Source: a bacterium (GTDB lineage Bacteria > UBA8248). From it: DNA of 64,000 nucleotides. Of this stretch, positions 35,492 through 44,807 are shown piece after piece. The notes below the pieces were generated by a model. That model saw nothing but the letters and a program-made list of their open reading frames with translations. It was not told where the DNA came from and did no database searches. The number at the start of each line of letters is the position of its first letter. Within the stretch, counting starts at the first letter, position 1. The translations under genes and the position numbers were made by a program. The stretch covers positions 896,001-960,000 of the forward strand of contig OZ241326.1 of the NCBI GenBank assembly GCA_965199855.1, given 5' to 3'.

Positions 35492-35647
35492 CGTAGGGGC
35501 GGTTCGGGAACCGCCCGCCCGTGGCCGCCGGAGCGAGGCGGAACGCATGAATGGAAGCGCTCTCGCGCTTCACCTACGGGGCCGGGAGCCGGTTTTCCGG
35601 GGTGGACGGAGAAACGCCATTTCGTAGGGGGCGCATATATGCGCCCC
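35492..35647. repeat. cluster of three CGTAG-tailed REP-like hairpins
   Basis: CGTAGGGGCGGTTCGGGAACCGCCC (35492), inverted CGTAGGTGAAGCGCGAGAGCGCTTC (ends 35578), CGTAGGGGGCGCATATATGCGCCCC (35623). Confidence 0.8.
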
Positions 35648-35690
35648 GCGTCGTTTCCCGTTGACGGCGGGGTGGGCGCCAGGGCGCGGC

Positions 35691-36227
35691 TTATTTCAGC
35701 AATCGAGGGTTTTCAGTCAGAATGGATAGTCCCTGATATTTGAAATCGCCGTCATGCGTCACCAGCGTTAGCCCCTCCCTTTTGCACAATTCCGCTATAA
35801 CCTGATCGTTGAAATCGAACCTCCCCATGCCATAGTCATGGAGCAAATCATTTATGGGCAATCCTTCAAATCCGCTTTCCACCCGCGCGCAACAGTTCAA
35901 TACACGCCCGGACTGAACAGCGATTTCCCGAGCGACTGACTTGAAAAGCGGACTGTTCCGAAACGCCTTGAACTTCATCTCGGGCGCTTCATGTTTCAAT
36001 CGCAACCTGGCATATGTGTTGATGAATTCTGAAATGACGAGGACATCGATATAGAGGCGGCTCTTCACATTGCAAATATCATTGAAAGCTCGGGAATACG
36101 CTTCTATTTGGGGAGAAGGTTTTTGCGCGTCAGGGCAAAAGATGCAAAGCCAGATGTTGGCATCCAAGAACAACCGATCTTCGGAGGTGAATTCGTAGTC
36201 TCTTACCCTCCTAATCCTATGAGTCAT
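35691..36227 (-). CDS. PIN-domain ribonuclease
   Basis: FLDANIW, VISEFIN, DFND, LVTHDGDF acidic PIN residues. Confidence 0.85.
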   Translation of the reverse strand: MTHRIRRVRDYEFTSEDRLFLDANIWLCIFCPDAQKPSPQIEAYSRAFNDICNVKSRLYIDVLVISEFINTYARLRLKHEAPEMKFKAFRNSPLFKSVAREIAVQSGRVLNCCARVESGFEGLPINDLLHDYGMGRFDFNDQVIAELCKREGLTLVTHDGDFKYQGLSILTENPRLLK

Positions 36228-36585
36228 CGTCTCCGTCTTCCAGAACGTCCCGTATCCTCTGATCATGCCCCTCCGGGTCCTTGAAATACCGCTTGGCGGT
36301 CTCCACGACGCGCTTCAGCAGCTCCGCGTCATCGGGCTCCATATCCGCGACGTTGAGAGAGGCGCGAATCTGCTCCTCATCGAACTTCCCGTACAACTGG
36401 CCGATCGCGGTGTTCAAAAAAGCCGAGGTCAGCAAAGCCACGTTGCGGAATGAAAGCACCGCGCCGCGCCCCTGCTCAATAACCGGAGCGAGACGCTCAT
36501 AGACCTTCTGGCCATCGCCGGAGGAGACGCAGAGAGGACTGCCCACCACTTCGTAAATCGATATGTTCATGGATTTTTCCGCCAT
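36217..36585 (-). CDS. STAS-like domain protein (DUF4325-type)
   Basis: DGQKVY, LSFRNVALLTSAFLNTAIGQLY; overlaps the PIN start. Confidence 0.8.
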   Translation of the reverse strand: MAEKSMNISIYEVVGSPLCVSSGDGQKVYERLAPVIEQGRGAVLSFRNVALLTSAFLNTAIGQLYGKFDEEQIRASLNVADMEPDDAELLKRVVETAKRYFKDPEGHDQRIRDVLEDGDDDS

Positions 36586-36596
36586 CGCCTCCTCAC

Positions 36597-37493
36597 TTAG
36601 AAAATGTCATCGACGCTCACTTCGGAAGCGAGACCGTAAGAGCGAGTATCCGCCGTGTTGATTTCCAGGCTGACTACGGTGCCGGGAAACGGGCGGCTCA
36701 ATTTCGCGGTAAAGATATCGCTTTTCTTCTTTTGCCAATACCCATCGTCCGACACGATGCGAATGCAGCCCTCATTCAACGCGATAAACTCGCCTAGCAG
36801 CTTCAGCCCCAAACCGCCCGGCACCCCTTCCCGTCTGGGCTTTGTCGTATTGTTTTCCTGCGTGGCCCAGTCAATCGCCTCCTCCGATGAGAGATGAAGA
36901 CCGGTGCAATTCTCCACGTTTCGCCGTATCCCGACTCCCAGGTCGGCCAACGTCAAACAGAGTTTTTCCTGCTTCGGGTAAAACTGCCCGCAACTGAATA
37001 TCCCCAACGCAGTTGCTGAATGAAGCACGGCGTTGCTGAATATCTCGAAAATACCCTCTTGAAATTTTTTCGCCAACCCCGGCGACATCGCGGGCATCTC
37101 GGGACGATGGATAAACTCATCTTCGACATAGGCGGAGAAATGACGTCCATCCTCCACGTCGAATCGCCGATAGGAAATCGTCGTTCCGCGAGAGTCCGGA
37201 ATTCGCGCCCGTCCATAGTGACTCAGAAAACCGTTTCTTGAAAGAACGTCTTCCACCTTCTCGGCTATATTGAGCAAACGGATTGTATTCGGACTGTTTC
37301 CAAGGCTATACAGGACGGCGCCGAACGCCGCGCACATTTCGGCTTGAACCCACTGCGTTCTGGACATATCAATTTCTATATCTTCAAAACAACAGGCGCT
37401 GGCGCTCGCATGAAGGCTCGCCAAAGCGTCAAAACCCTCCCAGCCCTCCAGATCTGCCCAGTCGATGTCAATATCTGGCAAGAAATATCTCAC
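36597..37493 (-). CDS. GHKL/HATPase kinase-like protein with STAS-like N-terminus
   Basis: N-box EIFSNAVLHS, G1 ADLGVGI, G2 GGLGL; no HisKA domain seen. Confidence 0.8.
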   Translation of the reverse strand: MRYFLPDIDIDWADLEGWEGFDALASLHASASACCFEDIEIDMSRTQWVQAEMCAAFGAVLYSLGNSPNTIRLLNIAEKVEDVLSRNGFLSHYGRARIPDSRGTTISYRRFDVEDGRHFSAYVEDEFIHRPEMPAMSPGLAKKFQEGIFEIFSNAVLHSATALGIFSCGQFYPKQEKLCLTLADLGVGIRRNVENCTGLHLSSEEAIDWATQENNTTKPRREGVPGGLGLKLLGEFIALNEGCIRIVSDDGYWQKKKSDIFTAKLSRPFPGTVVSLEINTADTRSYGLASEVSVDDIF

Positions 37494-37694
37494 GCCGGAG
37501 CCTCGTCGAAGCAATGAAATAACGGGAGCGAATGCTGGCGATCACCCAACCGCAATGGGCGCGCGCAGCCTCGCCTTGAATGAAAATAAAGCGCGATTCG
37601 CCCGTTGTCCAATCCCCCTCCCCCTTGCGCTTCGGGGCGCGTTCGTCTCTAATGGGGCGCGAGCTTCTCCCGTTCTCCCGCCATCGGAGCGACC

Positions 37695-38345
37695 ATGAGA
37701 CAATCGGACGAATTCGACAGGCCGCCGGGCCCGCTCTTCGGACTCTGGAGCGCGTTCTACATCGACAAGTGGAAGTTCCTGAAGCGCAACCTCATGGGGT
37801 ATCGCAAGGAGCGCAAGACGGCGTTCCGAGACGCCCTGAAGCCGGGCGACCCGATGCCCGACGTGCGGCTGAAGACCACGAGCGATGAGGCGTTCGACCT
37901 CTCGGACTTCTTCGGGAAGAAGAACATCGTCATCGAATTCGGCGCCATCACCTGACCCCCCTACCGCCGGCAGGTGGCCGGCGCGGAGGCGCTGCGCGAG
38001 AAGTATCGGGACAGGGACGTGGTCTTCTTCGTCGTCTATTCCAAGGAGCCGCACGCCGGAGAAACCCGCCACTTCCGCAAATACGAGCAGCACAAGACCT
38101 ACGGGCACAAGAAGCGATACGCGCAGGAGCTCGTGGCGGAATTCGGCATGAGGACGCCCGTGCTCATCGACGACCTGGACGAGAGCGTCGTGCGCGCCTT
38201 CGGGCGGATGCCGAACATGACCTTCATCGTCGACAAGGAAGGGCGCATCGCCTACAAGTCCGACTGGATGGAGGCTTCGCGCGTGGAGGAGATGCTGGAC
38301 GCCCTCCTCGCCGAGCAGGAGGCCGGGGCGGCCGCGCCCGCCTGA
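37695..38345 (+). CDS. deiodinase-like/AhpC-TSA thioredoxin-fold selenoprotein (Sec at TGA 37953-37955), 216 aa
   Basis: two ORFs joined in frame through TGA: EFGAIT-U-PPY...VYSKEPH...FGRMPN, matching deiodinase FGSxTUPPF / YxxEAH. Confidence 0.85.
37965..37983 (+). promoter_or_regulatory. bacterial SECIS-like hairpin
   Basis: CGCCGGC-AGGTG-GCCGGCG starting 10 nt after the UGA, G-containing apical loop. Confidence 0.65.
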
Positions 38346-38419
38346 CCGGAGAAGTCCCGCGGGCGGAGGAGGAGCGTAGGCCGGGCGGAGGCGGCGCAAG
38401 GCTTCGTCCCCTATGCGCG

Positions 38420-38449
38420 AGGGCGGCCCCGGCGGCGGGCCGCCCTTTT
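38420..38449 (+). terminator. possible intrinsic terminator after the selenoprotein gene
   Basis: AGGGCGGCCC-N7-GGGCCGCCCT followed by a short T run. Confidence 0.45.
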
Positions 38450-38560
38450 CGCTTTCCGCGTGAACGCCGACCTCCCGGAATGGCGAGGCGAGAGCGAGTC
38501 GATTCGGGGAAAAGAGCGCCATCGCCGCCCGCACGGGAGCGTCCCCGGGCGCCGCAAGGG

Positions 38561-39670
38561 ATGAAAGCCATGCCCACGGACTCCATCGAATACGCATGGT
38601 TTCTGCCGACGGGAAGATACGGCGACGGCAGGACGATCAACGCCGAGACGCCCGAACGCCCCCCGACGGTGGAATACGTCACCGAGGTGGCGCGCGCGGC
38701 CGAGGAGGCGGGCTTCACGAATCTCCTCGTCCCCACCGGCACGCACTGCCTGGACGCCTGGATGATCACCCTCGCCGTCGCCCAGCGCGTGGAGCGCATC
38801 AGGTTCTGCGTGGCCTTCCGCCCCGGGCTGGCGAGTCCGGTGCTCACCGCCCAGCAGGCGAACACCTACGACGCGATCACGGGCGGGCGGCTGACGGTGA
38901 ACGTCGTGACCGGCTCGACCCCCGTGGATCAGAAGCGATACGGCGACCACCTGGCGCACGAGGAGCGCTACGCGCGGACGGAGGAGTTTCTCGACGTCGT
39001 CAGGGCGATCTGGCGGAGCGAGGCGCCCGTGAGCTACGAGGGGGTTTACTACAGAATCGAGAACGCCGCCCTCTACGCCCGCCCCGTCTCGAAGCCGCAC
39101 CCGACCATCTACCTGGGCGGCAGCTCGGAGGCGGGCCGGCGCGTGGGCGCCAAGCACGCCGACGTGCACATGACGTGGGCGGCCGCGCCCGAGCAGGCGG
39201 CCGCCGACGCCGCCGACATGCGCCGCCGGGCGCGCGAACTGGGCCGCGATGACTTGCGCTTCGGCCTTCGCCTGCACGTGCTCTGCCGCGAGACGAGGAA
39301 AGAGGCCAGACGCGCCGCCGAGGCGCTGATAGAGGAGAGCGCGCTTGCGAACACGCGGGTGTGGGCGGACCAGCGCAACCGCTCCGAGAGCGAGGGCCAG
39401 CGGCGCATGAACGCGCTCGGCGAGGGCAGCTCCCCCTGGCTGACGGACACCATCTGGATGGGCGTGAACAGGGTGCGCTCGGGGGCGGCCGCCACGCTGG
39501 TGGGAACCCCCGACATGGTGGCCGCGGCCCTCGGGGAATACGCGGAGGCGGGGGCGCGGAGCTTCATCCTCTCGGGCTGGCCGCACCTGGAGGAGGCGGA
39601 GATTTTCGGCCGCGAGGTCATGCCGCTGCTGGCGGACGCGCGGCCCGCCACGCCGGGGGAGGCGCGATGA
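38561..39670 (+). CDS. LLM-class FMNH2-dependent monooxygenase (SsuD/MsuD-like)
   Basis: WFLPT..DG, CLDAW, VAFRPG, GGRLTVNVVTG, FILSGWPHLEEA. Confidence 0.9.
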   Translation: MKAMPTDSIEYAWFLPTGRYGDGRTINAETPERPPTVEYVTEVARAAEEAGFTNLLVPTGTHCLDAWMITLAVAQRVERIRFCVAFRPGLASPVLTAQQANTYDAITGGRLTVNVVTGSTPVDQKRYGDHLAHEERYARTEEFLDVVRAIWRSEAPVSYEGVYYRIENAALYARPVSKPHPTIYLGGSSEAGRRVGAKHADVHMTWAAAPEQAAADAADMRRRARELGRDDLRFGLRLHVLCRETRKEARRAAEALIEESALANTRVWADQRNRSESEGQRRMNALGEGSSPWLTDTIWMGVNRVRSGAAATLVGTPDMVAAALGEYAEAGARSFILSGWPHLEEAEIFGREVMPLLADARPATPGEAR

Positions 39671-40347
39671 GCAGCCGCGCGTTCGACGCGGGCGAGCTGG
39701 ACCACCAGCAGACCTATCGCCTGCTCATCGGCTCCGTCGTCCCCCGGCCCATCGCCTGGGTGAGCTCGATCAGCGCGGCGGGCGCGCCCAATCTGGCGCC
39801 CTTCAGCTTCTTCACCATGGTCTCGCACCATCCGTCCATGGCGTCCCTCTCCGTCGGCGAGCGCGGAAAGCGGCCCAAGGACACGACGCGCAACATTCTG
39901 GAGACGAAGGGCTACGTCATCCACGCGGTGACGGAGGGCTGGGAGGAGGCGATGAACGAGAGCGCGGCGAACCTGGCGCCCGGGGAGAGCGAGTTCGAGG
40001 CGGCGGGCCTCGCGGCCGTCCCCTCCGATCTGGTCGCCGCCCCGCGCCTCAAGGGCGCGCCGATCGCCATGGAGTGCCGCTTCGAGCGCATGATTCCCTT
40101 CGGCAGCGAGTGGGTGACGCACCTCGTCATCGGAGAGGTGCTGAGGTGGCACGTGCGCGAGGATTTGATCATCGAGGAGGACGGCAAGCAATACATCGAC
40201 CCCGCCAGGCTCCGGCCCGTGGGCAGGCTGGGCGGCCCGAAATACTGCCGGACGCGGGAGATTTTCGAGATGCGCGCCCCCTACGTCACCCCCGACAGGG
40301 CGCACCCCAACGCGCCCGCCCCGGGCGAGGCGCCCCGCTCGGGGTGA
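39667..40347 (+). CDS. flavin reductase family protein
   Basis: VVPRPIAWVSS, NLAPFSFF, KDTTRNI, VGRLGG; ATGA overlap with the monooxygenase. Confidence 0.9.
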   Translation: MSSRAFDAGELDHQQTYRLLIGSVVPRPIAWVSSISAAGAPNLAPFSFFTMVSHHPSMASLSVGERGKRPKDTTRNILETKGYVIHAVTEGWEEAMNESAANLAPGESEFEAAGLAAVPSDLVAAPRLKGAPIAMECRFERMIPFGSEWVTHLVIGEVLRWHVREDLIIEEDGKQYIDPARLRPVGRLGGPKYCRTREIFEMRAPYVTPDRAHPNAPAPGEAPRSG

Positions 40348-40440
40348 CGCGGCGGCTCCCTTGAGGGCGCCTCTCCCCGGCTGGTATCATCGCGCGCGGA
40401 CGCCTCCCCCGCTTTCGGACAAATCCTCAAGGAGAACGCT

Positions 40441-40914
40441 ATGAAAAAAGCCCTCGCGGCGGCCGCCGTCCTCGTCATCCTTCTCGCCGCGGGCGTCCCC
40501 CGCGCGGAGAAGGCCGCGCCGACGGACGACGCCCTCTCCGGGCACATGGTCGCCGAGGCGATGCTGACCGCCCACTTCATCGACGCCGCGCTCAGGGCGG
40601 GCATGAGCCGCGAGGCCATCAACGCCGTTCTCGCCAAAATAGCCGCGCGGTCGGCGATCTCCGAGTTCTGGATCAGCGACGAGGCGGGCCGCGTGGAATT
40701 CACGAACGTCAGGGGCGCGAACTTCCGGTTTCCGACCGACCCGAAGGCCGGGACCCAGGCGGCGCCCTTCGCCGCGCTGCTGGGCGGCGGGGCGCGCGTG
40801 GTCGTCCAGGGGTTTCAGCCGCGCGAACTCGACGCCGCCCTCTTCAAATACGTGGGCGCGGCGGGGGTGGACAAGCCCCGGATCGTTCAAGTTGGCGTAT
40901 CCGCCGGCAAATAG
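40441..40914 (+). CDS. secreted protein, Cache/PDC-like sensor domain
   Basis: signal peptide; EFWISDEAGRV...FKYVGAAGVDKPRIVQVG. Confidence 0.55.
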   Translation: MKKALAAAAVLVILLAAGVPRAEKAAPTDDALSGHMVAEAMLTAHFIDAALRAGMSREAINAVLAKIAARSAISEFWISDEAGRVEFTNVRGANFRFPTDPKAGTQAAPFAALLGGGARVVVQGFQPRELDAALFKYVGAAGVDKPRIVQVGVSAGK

Positions 40915-40947
40915 CCGCGCCCGGGCGCGGCGCGGAGCCTCCGGCGC

Positions 40948-41607
40948 GTGAGCGGGATGGACGAGTCCCTCATCCGCCGGATGGCCGAGGAGCCGCTCGA
41001 CCCGGCGAGCGCGGCGGCCCATCCCCTCGCGCAGTTTCGCCGCTGGTACGCCGACGTCCGAAGAGCCGGCGTCCCCCGGGAAGACGCGATGACGCTCGCC
41101 ACCGTCGGGCCCGACGGCGCCCCCGCCGCCCGCGTCGTCCTCTACAAGACGCCCGACAGCCTGGGCGTTGCGGACGAGGGCTTTCCCTTCTTCACCAACT
41201 GCGAGAGCGACAAGGCGCGGCAGCTGGCGGGCGAGCCCCGGTGCGCCGTCGTCTTCCACTGGAAGGAGCCGGGGCGCCAGGTGCGCGCCGAGGGCGCGGC
41301 GGAGAGGCTGCCCGACCGCGTTTCGGACGCCTACTTCGCCTCCCGCCCGCGCGGAAGCCAGGCGGGGGCGTGGGCGTCGCCCCAGAGCCGGGCGATTCCC
41401 TCGCGCGCCTTCCTGGAGGAGAGAATCCGCGCCCTGGAGGAGGAATTCGCGGGCCGCGGCGTCCCGCGCCCCCCCCACTGGGGCGGCTACATTCTCAAGC
41501 CCCGCCTCGTGGAGTTCTGGCAGCACCGGGAGAGCCGCCTGCACGACCGCGTGCGCTACGCCCTGGAAGCGAGCGGGGAATGGCGCGCCGAGCGCCTTGG
41601 GCCGTGA
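40948..41607 (+). CDS. pdxH: pyridoxamine 5'-phosphate oxidase
   Basis: AMTLAT, ARVVLYK, YFASRPRGSQ, EFWQ..SRLHDR. Confidence 0.95.
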   Translation: MSGMDESLIRRMAEEPLDPASAAAHPLAQFRRWYADVRRAGVPREDAMTLATVGPDGAPAARVVLYKTPDSLGVADEGFPFFTNCESDKARQLAGEPRCAVVFHWKEPGRQVRAEGAAERLPDRVSDAYFASRPRGSQAGAWASPQSRAIPSRAFLEERIRALEEEFAGRGVPRPPHWGGYILKPRLVEFWQHRESRLHDRVRYALEASGEWRAERLGP

Positions 41608-41682
41608 GGGGGAATTCCGAGGCTTTTTAGCCGACATCCCGCTCTGTCGAGCGGCGTGACCCCGGTTTTTCCAATCCCCCCC

Positions 41683-42726
41683 TCATCCGCACCTGTAGGG
41701 CGGGCCGGCCCTGTCCATCGCCGCGTTGTAGGCGCGCAGAATCTTCACCACGCGCGCGCGGCGGGGGCTCGCGGCGGCGATCTCGTCCCAGAAGCGGCGC
41801 GCCTCGGCCTCGACGCGCGACCACTCCGCGTCGGGAATCGAGGTGAGGGCGAGCTTCTTCCCCTCCACGCGCAGCCGCGCCTCGCCGCCCCAATACCAGC
41901 GCTGGCGGTAGTAGTGCGAGCTGTCCATGCAGAGGCGGAAGAGCTCCTGCAGGTGGGCGGGCAGGGCGCGCCACCGCTCAGCGGAGGCGAAGTAGGAGCC
42001 GCACCACGCCCCCGAGATGCTGTTGGTGAGAAAGTAGCTGGCGGCGTCCGCCCAGCCCACCGCGTAGGCCTCGGTGATGCCCGACCAGGCGATGCCGTCT
42101 ATCCTCCCGCTCCGCGCGGCGTCCGCCGCCTCCCCGGCGGGCAGGCTCACCGGAACGACGCCGAAGCGCGCGAGGAAGCGGCCCGCCGTCGGGAAGGTGA
42201 ACACCCGCAGGCCCTTGAGGTCGTCCAGGCGGCGGATGGGCCGGACGGTGACGAAGTGGCAGGGATCCCACGCCCCCGCGCCCAGCCAGACGACGCCCTC
42301 GACCTCGCCGTAGGCTTCCCGCCAGACGTCGGCGAGGCCCCACTCGTGAAACAGCGCGGGCACGTCCAGGCTGTGGCGGCAGGCGAACGGGAAGTAGCCG
42401 CCGAACACGGCGACGTCCGCCGGCGAGCCGATGGACTCGTCGTCCGACTGCGCCGCGTCCACGGCGCCGCTCCGCATGGCGCGGAACAGCTCGCCCGTCG
42501 GCGCGAGCTGGTCGGCGAGGTAGAGGGCGATCTCCATCTCGCCGTTCGCCGCCCTGTTGAACGCCTCGACGGAGGGCTTGATGACGTGCTCGGCGAGAGC
42601 CTCGCCCGCGTAGGTCTGGAGCCGCCATTTGATCCTCGTCCTGGACTGGACGCGAACCGCGGGGGCGGCCATCGCCGCGGCCCCCGCGGCCGCCGCCGTC
42701 TTCAGAAACCCCCGTCTGCTCGGCAT
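41683..42726 (-). CDS. TRAP substrate-binding protein (DctP family), Tat-exported
   Basis: SRRGFLK Tat motif, WRLQT, DLKGLRV. Confidence 0.85.
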   Translation of the reverse strand: MPSRRGFLKTAAAAGAAAMAAPAVRVQSRTRIKWRLQTYAGEALAEHVIKPSVEAFNRAANGEMEIALYLADQLAPTGELFRAMRSGAVDAAQSDDESIGSPADVAVFGGYFPFACRHSLDVPALFHEWGLADVWREAYGEVEGVVWLGAGAWDPCHFVTVRPIRRLDDLKGLRVFTFPTAGRFLARFGVVPVSLPAGEAADAARSGRIDGIAWSGITEAYAVGWADAASYFLTNSISGAWCGSYFASAERWRALPAHLQELFRLCMDSSHYYRQRWYWGGEARLRVEGKKLALTSIPDAEWSRVEAEARRFWDEIAAASPRRARVVKILRAYNAAMDRAGPPYRCG

Positions 42727-42768
42727 CTTCTCCCCTCCTCTCCCGCGGCGCCGTGACGCGCCGCCCCC

Positions 42769-43509
42769 TTACGCCTTGATTCCCTGAATGCCCCAGGCGG
42801 TGTCCTTCGCCGTCACGAAGACGTAGTCCTCATCGCCCAGGATTTCGCCGGAATGGATCGCGTTCGCGGGGACGTGGGCGATGTCGCCCGGCGCTATCGT
42901 CTCCGTCTCGCCCGCGATCGTCATGCGCGCGGCGCCCGAGAGGACGATGACGAACTGCTCGTTGGGATGCGAGTGCGGCTCGGCGCGCCCGCCCGCCGGG
43001 ATGCGCATTTTCCCGAAGATGACGCGCTCGCCCGTCACCCAGACGCCCTCGGTCGGGCTGTAGCCCTCGCCCGCCAGCCCCTTCTCCATCGCCTCCGCGT
43101 CGTGGAAATAGGCGGGGCGGCCGGCGCGCGCGCCTTCTCCCCGGTCGGGAGCGGCGCGCATCTCCGCAGGCGTTCCCTCTATCCCCGCCGCCGCGTCCTT
43201 CGCCACGATGAACTCGTAGTCCGCCTCGCCCAGCACCTCAGCCTCGTGGACGGCGTTCGCCGGCCGGTAGGCGATGTGTCCGGGCGTCAGGACGCGCTCC
43301 TCGCCCTCGACGTTCAGGCGGACGCTTCCGGCGAGGCAGTAGCCGAACTGCTCGTTCGCGTGGGCGTGGGCGCGCGAGCGCGTGCCGGCGGGCATCCGCA
43401 TCTTCCCGAAGATGAGCCGCTCGCCCGTCACCCACGCCCCCGCCGCCGAGCTGTAGGCCGCCCCCGCCAGGCTCTTCTCCATCTCGTCCGTCTTGTAGAA
43501 GCAAGGCAT
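42769..43509 (-). CDS. tandem cupin protein
   Basis: two similar halves with HxHxxEQ...H metal motifs. Confidence 0.85.
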   Translation of the reverse strand: MPCFYKTDEMEKSLAGAAYSSAAGAWVTGERLIFGKMRMPAGTRSRAHAHANEQFGYCLAGSVRLNVEGEERVLTPGHIAYRPANAVHEAEVLGEADYEFIVAKDAAAGIEGTPAEMRAAPDRGEGARAGRPAYFHDAEAMEKGLAGEGYSPTEGVWVTGERVIFGKMRIPAGGRAEPHSHPNEQFVIVLSGAARMTIAGETETIAPGDIAHVPANAIHSGEILGDEDYVFVTAKDTAWGIQGIKA

Positions 43510-43740
43510 CGCGCCTCTCCTTCATTCGTTCGCAGAAGCGGACGCCCCCGCGCGCCCGCGCCGGAAAAGACGGGCAATATCGCCCATCCGCAGGCGGCGG
43601 ACAAGGGGGGCTGCGTTCCGAAAGAACTGTGGCGATAACATACTCGACGCCCGTTAGATATATCAGCGCCAGAACCCTATTAGTATCGGTTTTTCTGGAA
43701 TCGCCCTGTGATGAAGCATACGAATGAGGAGAACGGCGCC

Positions 43741-44031
43741 ATGCCCATGAAGAACCCGCCTCATCCGGGCCTCTCCGTCCGCCATGACTGCCTGGCGCCG
43801 CTGGGTCTGAGCGTGACGGAAGCCGCGCGGAGGCTCGGCGTGAGCCGCAAGCAGCTCTCCAGCCTCGTCAACGGGCGCGCGGGCGTCTCCCCGGAGATGG
43901 CGATTCGCCTCGACAAAGCCTTCGGCGGGGGCGCGGAGACGCGGCATCGCCTGCAAGCGGCCCGGGACATGGCGCGGGCGAGGAAGCGCGCGGACGAGAT
44001 CAAGGTCGAGCGAATTGCGGCGGCGGGGTGA
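43741..44031 (+). CDS. HigA/VapI-family antitoxin (orphan, possibly degenerate)
   Basis: [29 protein letters not shown]. Confidence 0.8.
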   Translation: MPMKNPPHPGLSVRHDCLAPLGLSVTEAARRLGVSRKQLSSLVNGRAGVSPEMAIRLDKAFGGGAETRHRLQAARDMARARKRADEIKVERIAAAG

Positions 44032-44092
44032 TCGGGGGGGAGACGCTTTGGTCCTCTTGATTCTATCCAATACATGACAAGGGGAACATGAC

Positions 44093-44779
44093 ATGACGCT
44101 TCACAATATACAAGACGATGACAACACCCTCCGGCTACAAAGGGCGAATAGTTGGGTTGCGCGAAGCGAAAAAATCAAGAACAGAGAGGAGAAATTCATC
44201 TGTCTGTGGATCGCGTTCAACGCGGCCTACGGCGACGAACCGACCGACCGAAACGAAGACGGCCCCGTCGAAACCGAGAAAGAGAAATTCGCGGATTTTT
44301 TGGAAGACATCATAGAGCGCGATGAGCGCAAAGAGGGGAAAATAAGAGAGCTTCTCTGGGAGACATTCCCCGGGCCCATCCGCATCCTTTTGGACAACCA
44401 GTGCGTGTTCAAGCCTTTCTGGCAGTGGGTGCGAGGCGCGATGGAACTCGACAAATGGCAAATGAAATTCAGAGAGCGCAACGACAAGGCGAAAAAAGCT
44501 TTGGGAAACGGGGACGTTCACGGCGTATTCGGGGAAGTATTCATGCGGCTCTATCAACTGCGCAATCAGGTTTTTCACGGGGGCGTGACCTTCGGCAAGG
44601 GGTGGGGCCGCTCTCAACTCGAGGACGGCGTCCGCATCATGGAAAAAATCGTTCCGGTGATTCTGGACATCATGCAGGCCGAAATCAGGAAGAACCCGGA
44701 TACCGAAATCTGGGGGAAGGTCGCCTACCCGAGAGTGGGCGCAGGAGGAGATTTATACCGCGGAAACAAGGAGGAGTAA
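44093..44779 (+). CDS. HEPN-domain protein
   Basis: LWIAFNAAY and RNQVFH (RxxxxH); lower GC than flanks. Confidence 0.75.
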   Translation: MTLHNIQDDDNTLRLQRANSWVARSEKIKNREEKFICLWIAFNAAYGDEPTDRNEDGPVETEKEKFADFLEDIIERDERKEGKIRELLWETFPGPIRILLDNQCVFKPFWQWVRGAMELDKWQMKFRERNDKAKKALGNGDVHGVFGEVFMRLYQLRNQVFHGGVTFGKGWGRSQLEDGVRIMEKIVPVILDIMQAEIRKNPDTEIWGKVAYPRVGAGGDLYRGNKEE

Positions 44780-44781
44780 TC

Positions 44782-44807
44782 GGCGGCGCGAAAAGCCGCC
44801 CCCTACG
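44782..44807 (-). repeat. CGTAG-tailed REP-like hairpin
   Basis: GGCGGCGCGAAAAGCCGCCCCCTACG between convergent HEPN and XRE genes. Confidence 0.55.
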
